From Spirochaetia bacterium (lineage in GTDB: Bacteria > Spirochaetota > Spirochaetia > SZUA-6 > Bin103): a stretch of DNA of 64,000 nt. The stretch covers positions 4,493,820 to 4,557,819 of the forward strand of contig OZ241863.1 of NCBI GenBank assembly GCA_965203055.1, read 5' to 3'. Numbering within the stretch: position 1 is the stretch's first letter; each line of letters starts with the position of its first letter. The position numbers and the translations under genes are program-made. Below the pieces are notes generated by a model that was not told the origin of the DNA, ran no database searches, and saw nothing but the letters and a program-made list of their open reading frames with translations. Shown here in pieces: positions 59,997 to 64,000 of the stretch.

Positions 59997-61232
59997 ATGA
60001 GTGCTTCGGCGGCGGCGGCGCTTCGCCAACGTGCGGACTATACGCACAAGTTCAATGCGAGGTCGGGACGCCATGGCTGGCTGCGGCTGACCCCGGCATA
60101 TTCGGTGAAGATCGTCGATGAGCTTATAGGGAGCTATCGCGAGCCGTTGCGTGTACTGGATCCATTCTGTGGAACGGCGACGACAGCCCTGAGTGCGGCA
60201 TGCCGCGGACATACCGGCCTGACGACGGACATCAATCCGTTCCTGGTCTGGCTCGGTCGGGCGAAGACCGCGCAATACTCCGAGGCTACGATCGCGTCGA
60301 CGCAAGAGGCCGGTAGTCGGGTGGTGGCAGCGGTCAACCGGGAGGAGGTTGAGCCCGTGCCGGCCCCGCCGATTCACAACATCGACAGATGGTGGTCGCC
60401 GAGCGCGTTGCAGTTTCTGTGCCGATTGAGAGCGGGGATAGACGCCGAGACCGACGACGCCTCACCTGAAAGAGATCTTCTCCTGGTGGCATTCTGCAGA
60501 ACGCTGATCGAACTGTCGAATGCGGCGTTCGACCATCAGTCCATGTCGTTCCGAAATGACGGACAGTTACAGCTCCCGATGGAGATCGACATGGGGCAGC
60601 TATTCGAAGAAGATCTGCGGTTCGTACTGGAAGGAGCCGCGGATAACCCGAAGGGTACGGGGCGGGTGATTCTTGGTGACTCAAGGGAACTGGAGGCGAT
60701 GGGAGGTGTCTTTGATCTGGTTATTACGTCGCCACCGTATGCCAACCGAATGTCGTATATTCGCGAGCTTCGGCCGTACATGTACTGGCTGAGGTTTCTG
60801 CGCAGTGGTCGAGAAGCCGGCGAATTGGACTGGGCGGCAATCGGTGGCACGTGGGGTGTCGCCACCAGCCGACTGATCGATTGGCGGCGACCGGACGAAC
60901 CGTTGCAGAGCGCGCTCCTCGACGAGACTCTGAACAGAATAGCGCATCACGACAACAGGAATGGAAGACTCCTGGCGAATTACGTGGCGAAATACTTCGA
61001 AGACATGTGGACGCACCTCAACTCCCTGGTTTCGGTACTGAGCGATCACAGTGACGTGCATTACATCGTTGGGAACTCGACGTTCTACGGAGTGCTCCTG
61101 CCGGTCGAACGAATCGACGCGGAAATGTTCTTGAATCTTGGATTCGAGGGGATCCGTTGTCGCGCGATACGGAAGCGAAACTCGAAAAGAGAGTTGTTCG
61201 AATTCGACGTTTCGGCTCGGTGGGCCGGATAG
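59997..61232 (+). CDS. Amino-DNA methyltransferase, probably N4-cytosine (alpha motif order)
   Basis: Motif I LDPFCGTAT, DINP, catalytic ITSPPY, YIVGNS; lower GC. Confidence 0.85.
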   Translation: MSASAAAALRQRADYTHKFNARSGRHGWLRLTPAYSVKIVDELIGSYREPLRVLDPFCGTATTALSAACRGHTGLTTDINPFLVWLGRAKTAQYSEATIASTQEAGSRVVAAVNREEVEPVPAPPIHNIDRWWSPSALQFLCRLRAGIDAETDDASPERDLLLVAFCRTLIELSNAAFDHQSMSFRNDGQLQLPMEIDMGQLFEEDLRFVLEGAADNPKGTGRVILGDSRELEAMGGVFDLVITSPPYANRMSYIRELRPYMYWLRFLRSGREAGELDWAAIGGTWGVATSRLIDWRRPDEPLQSALLDETLNRIAHHDNRNGRLLANYVAKYFEDMWTHLNSLVSVLSDHSDVHYIVGNSTFYGVLLPVERIDAEMFLNLGFEGIRCRAIRKRNSKRELFEFDVSARWAG

Positions 61233-61241
61233 AACGGCGAT

Positions 61242-63002
61242 TCAGGACTTCCGTAGCGCGCGTTCTACCAGGTCGCGCAGCTCGGCGTGGACGGCGGCGT
61301 TGGCGGCGCGCTCGGTGGTTACTTCCAGGAGGGTGTGGGCTCCGTCCGCGGCGCGATTGGCGGCGACGGTCAAGTGGCGCTGCAGGTCGGCGGGTGTTCG
61401 CGGCCGCGCGTAGTGCATGGCGAACGCCGCGGCCACGTCGCGGAACGCCACTTCGATGGGCGTGGCGAAGTAACGCTCGAACAACTCGTCGAATCCCGGT
61501 TCCCGCACCTGGGCCAAGGGCAGCAGCGAGAAGATGCCGCCGCCGCGGTTGTTGAGCACCACGATTACCAGCCCGGCGGGGACTTCCCGGAGTTGACTCA
61601 GGGAGGGCAGATCATGCACCAGCGACAGGTCGCCGAGCAGCGCGATTACCGGCCGTTCCAGTCCGGCCGCAAAGCCGGCGGCGCTGGCGATGGCGCCGTC
61701 GATACCGCTGGCCCCGCGGTTGGCGGCCACCGCCACCCCTGCCGGCAGCGGCGTGGCGAACGTGTCGAGGTCGCGGATCGGCATGCTGCTGGCGCCGAAC
61801 AACCCGCAGGCCGGGGGGCCGCCGGCTGCCGCGGCCACCAGGCGCGCGACCGTCGGCTCATCGAGGCTGCGGCGGGCGCCGCTCCATTCGGCCAGCGCCG
61901 CCCGCGCCCGCGCGCCCGCGGCCCTTACCGAAGCCGCGTAGCCGGAGGCGGGCGGCCGCGGACATCTCAGGCGGAGCCGGTGCGCGACGCGGCGCGGATC
62001 GGCCACCACCCGCAGCGCTGCCGAATGGCTGGGATCGAGGCGCTCCGGACTGGCCGCCACCTGCGCCAGACGCGGCGCCGCGGAGGTGACGAGATCCAAA
62101 TACTGCTTGGCTACCACGTGGGAGCCGAATTGGAGCACGCGGTCCGGGCGCAGCAGCTCGCGCCCTGAGCGGCTCTGCAACAGGAGCTGCAGCCCCGGCG
62201 TGCCGCGTACGCCGCTGGTGACGTCGCCGAGCAGCGGCCAGCCGAGGTGCGCGGCCAGCGCGGCCACGGCGCCGCCGCAGCCGCGCGGCAGGCCGCCCGC
62301 CACCAGCAACCCGCGGCGGCTCCCCTCGATCAGGCTGAGGAGCCCAGACACCGCCTCCCCCGGTGGCGCCGCGTCCGAGGCTGTCTCCCGATAGGTGGTG
62401 AACGGTTCCGTGCCCGCCTGCCAGCGCGCTCCGGCGGCGCCGGCCACCAGCGGCTCCGGCACCGGTTCCGGTTCCAGCGGCTCGGGGAACGGGCAGTTGA
62501 GATGCACCGGTCCGGCCGGCGCGGACACGGCGCGGAACACCGCCTGATCGACGGTGGTCAACACCACCCGCGGATCGATGCGCGGCGCCGGCACCGGCAG
62601 CTCGGCGCTCCAGCGGGTGTAGCTGCCGAAGATGCCGCGCTGCGCAATCGTCTGATTGGCGCCGGCGGCCTGCAGCTCGGGGGGCCGGTCGGCGCTCAAC
62701 ACCAGCACCGGGATCTGGTCCTGGGCGGCCTCCACCACCGCCGGCAGGTAGTTGGCCAGCGCCGTGCCGGAGGTGCACACCAGCACCGCCGGCCGGCCGG
62801 CGGCGCGGCCGTACCCTACCGCATGGAAGGCCGCGCCCCGCTCCTCGACCGCGACCCGCGCCGTCACCGCGGGATGGCGCGCCGCGGCTACTACCAGCGG
62901 CGTGGAGCGCGACCCGGGCGAGATGACGAAGTAGCGGCAGCCGCAGCGAGTCAGCTCCTCGACCAGGAGCTGCGCCCAGTGGCTGTTGCTGCCGCTGCTC
63001 AC
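61242..63002 (-). CDS. menD: SEPHCHC synthase
   Basis: ISPGSRSTPL, CTSGTA, ADRPPEL, ANQTI, NRGASGIDG, GDLS, NNRGGGIF. Confidence 0.95.
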   Translation of the reverse strand: MSSGSNSHWAQLLVEELTRCGCRYFVISPGSRSTPLVVAAARHPAVTARVAVEERGAAFHAVGYGRAAGRPAVLVCTSGTALANYLPAVVEAAQDQIPVLVLSADRPPELQAAGANQTIAQRGIFGSYTRWSAELPVPAPRIDPRVVLTTVDQAVFRAVSAPAGPVHLNCPFPEPLEPEPVPEPLVAGAAGARWQAGTEPFTTYRETASDAAPPGEAVSGLLSLIEGSRRGLLVAGGLPRGCGGAVAALAAHLGWPLLGDVTSGVRGTPGLQLLLQSRSGRELLRPDRVLQFGSHVVAKQYLDLVTSAAPRLAQVAASPERLDPSHSAALRVVADPRRVAHRLRLRCPRPPASGYAASVRAAGARARAALAEWSGARRSLDEPTVARLVAAAAGGPPACGLFGASSMPIRDLDTFATPLPAGVAVAANRGASGIDGAIASAAGFAAGLERPVIALLGDLSLVHDLPSLSQLREVPAGLVIVVLNNRGGGIFSLLPLAQVREPGFDELFERYFATPIEVAFRDVAAAFAMHYARPRTPADLQRHLTVAANRAADGAHTLLEVTTERAANAAVHAELRDLVERALRKS

Positions 63003-63016
63003 GTGCGCCGATCCGC

Positions 63017-64000
63017 CTATACCACGTCCAGCATCTGGAGGATCTTCTGCTCCATTTCGGTCCACTCCGCGTCCGCGGTCGAACCGCGCACGATGCCGTT
63101 GCCGGCGTACAGATGAAGGGTGTCGCCGGCCGCCACGCCGGCGCGAATCGCTACGGCGAACTCCGCGCCGCCCGCGCCGATCCAGCCCACCGGGCCGGCA
63201 TACCAGCCGCGGTCGAAGCCCTCCACGGCCGTGATCAGGTCGGTCACCCCGCAGGTCGGGTAACCGCCGACCGCCGGCGTCGGATGCAGCCGCTGCAACA
63301 CCTGGGCCAGCCCGATTCCGGGGCGCAGGGTGCCGATGAACGAGGTGTGCAGGTGCTGGACGTGAGCCAGTTTGCGTACCCGTACGGCATCCTGGGTAGC
63401 GACTCGGCTGCACAGTTGGCGCAGACTCCGGGCGATGCTGGCGTGGACGTAGCGATGTTCCCGCAACTCCTTGTCCGAACGCAGCAGCTCCGCTTCCAGG
63501 CGGGCGTCGGCGCCGGGGCCGGCGCCGCGCGGCCGCGTTCCGGCCAGCGCTTCGGTCTCCAGCGTGTCGCCGGAGATGCGCAGCAGCCGTTCCGGTGAGG
63601 CGCCGAAGAAGGTGACTCCCGAACACGGCTGCAGCGCGAAGTGAAAGGCCGCCGGGTTTACCGTGCGCAACCGCTGCAGCAGGGGCAGCGCGCGCACCCG
63701 CGCGGCGAATTGCAACGTCGTTCGGCGCGCCAACACGATCTTTTCGAGCGGACCGCCGCCGCCGTCGAGGCAGGTGCCGAAGCGCTGCAACACCGCGTCA
63801 ACGATCTGCCGCCAGCGCGCTTGATCCGGCACGTGGCGGCACGGGCCGAGCGGAGCCGGGCGGCGGTCGGAAGGGGCCGCCCCCGCCGGCGCCGCCAGCG
63901 CTGCCCGCACCCCGTCGCGGCAGCGGCCGGCCAGGTCGCGCAGATCGGCGGCCAGCGTGTCCTGCTCGCCGGGGCGAAAGTTGCAGGCCAGGGTGGTGGC
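63017..64000 (-). CDS. menF: Isochorismate synthase, 5'-partial
   Basis: KIVLAR, GASPERL, ALAGT, KELREH, HPTPAV, RGWYAG, YAGNGIV; frame open to window end. Confidence 0.93.
   Translation of the reverse strand, partial: ATTLACNFRPGEQDTLAADLRDLAGRCRDGVRAALAAPAGAAPSDRRPAPLGPCRHVPDQARWRQIVDAVLQRFGTCLDGGGGPLEKIVLARRTTLQFAARVRALPLLQRLRTVNPAAFHFALQPCSGVTFFGASPERLLRISGDTLETEALAGTRPRGAGPGADARLEAELLRSDKELREHRYVHASIARSLRQLCSRVATQDAVRVRKLAHVQHLHTSFIGTLRPGIGLAQVLQRLHPTPAVGGYPTCGVTDLITAVEGFDRGWYAGPVGWIGAGGAEFAVAIRAGVAAGDTLHLYAGNGIVRGSTADAEWTEMEQKILQMLDVV

Overview
High-GC bacterial chromosomal window, most likely a Spirochaetota genome. This is inferred from the spirochaete-style FlgM, long-form GlyA, tRNA-Arg(UCG) and the small membrane ORF beside lspA. 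The left half is mostly housekeeping: partial autotransporter, enolase-superfamily enzyme, polyprenyl synthase, rhomboid, OppA, CarD, nth, tig-clpP-clpX, eight tRNAs, msrB, glyA, aroK, hisA, lspA, rsmI, a folE-folB-folP-folK-SDR pterin operon with an atypical FolP, mdh-fumC and sdhCAB. A small defence-like hotspot follows (32.9-38.3 kb): an internally deleted Uma2 gene, a compressed relic of the neighbouring DUF1156 methylase, a small ORF plus SDH/Clp-fold protease, an orphan DUF1156 methylase and an orphan antitoxin. Next is a ~15 kb redox block: HCF101-like Fe-S carrier, three ferredoxins, ferredoxin-NADP reductase, deacetylase, HEAT protein and a split b6-type Rieske/cytochrome b complex ending in a membrane-anchored octaheme cytochrome c, interrupted by a lower-GC ABC cassette. 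The right end holds an ABC-ATPase/TOPRIM-like candidate defence pair, a copper ATPase locus, a truncated DUF1828 gene, an orphan SPPY methyltransferase and menD-menF. All calls come from motif recognition by eye; no searches were run and several start codons were re-assigned from the ORF track.
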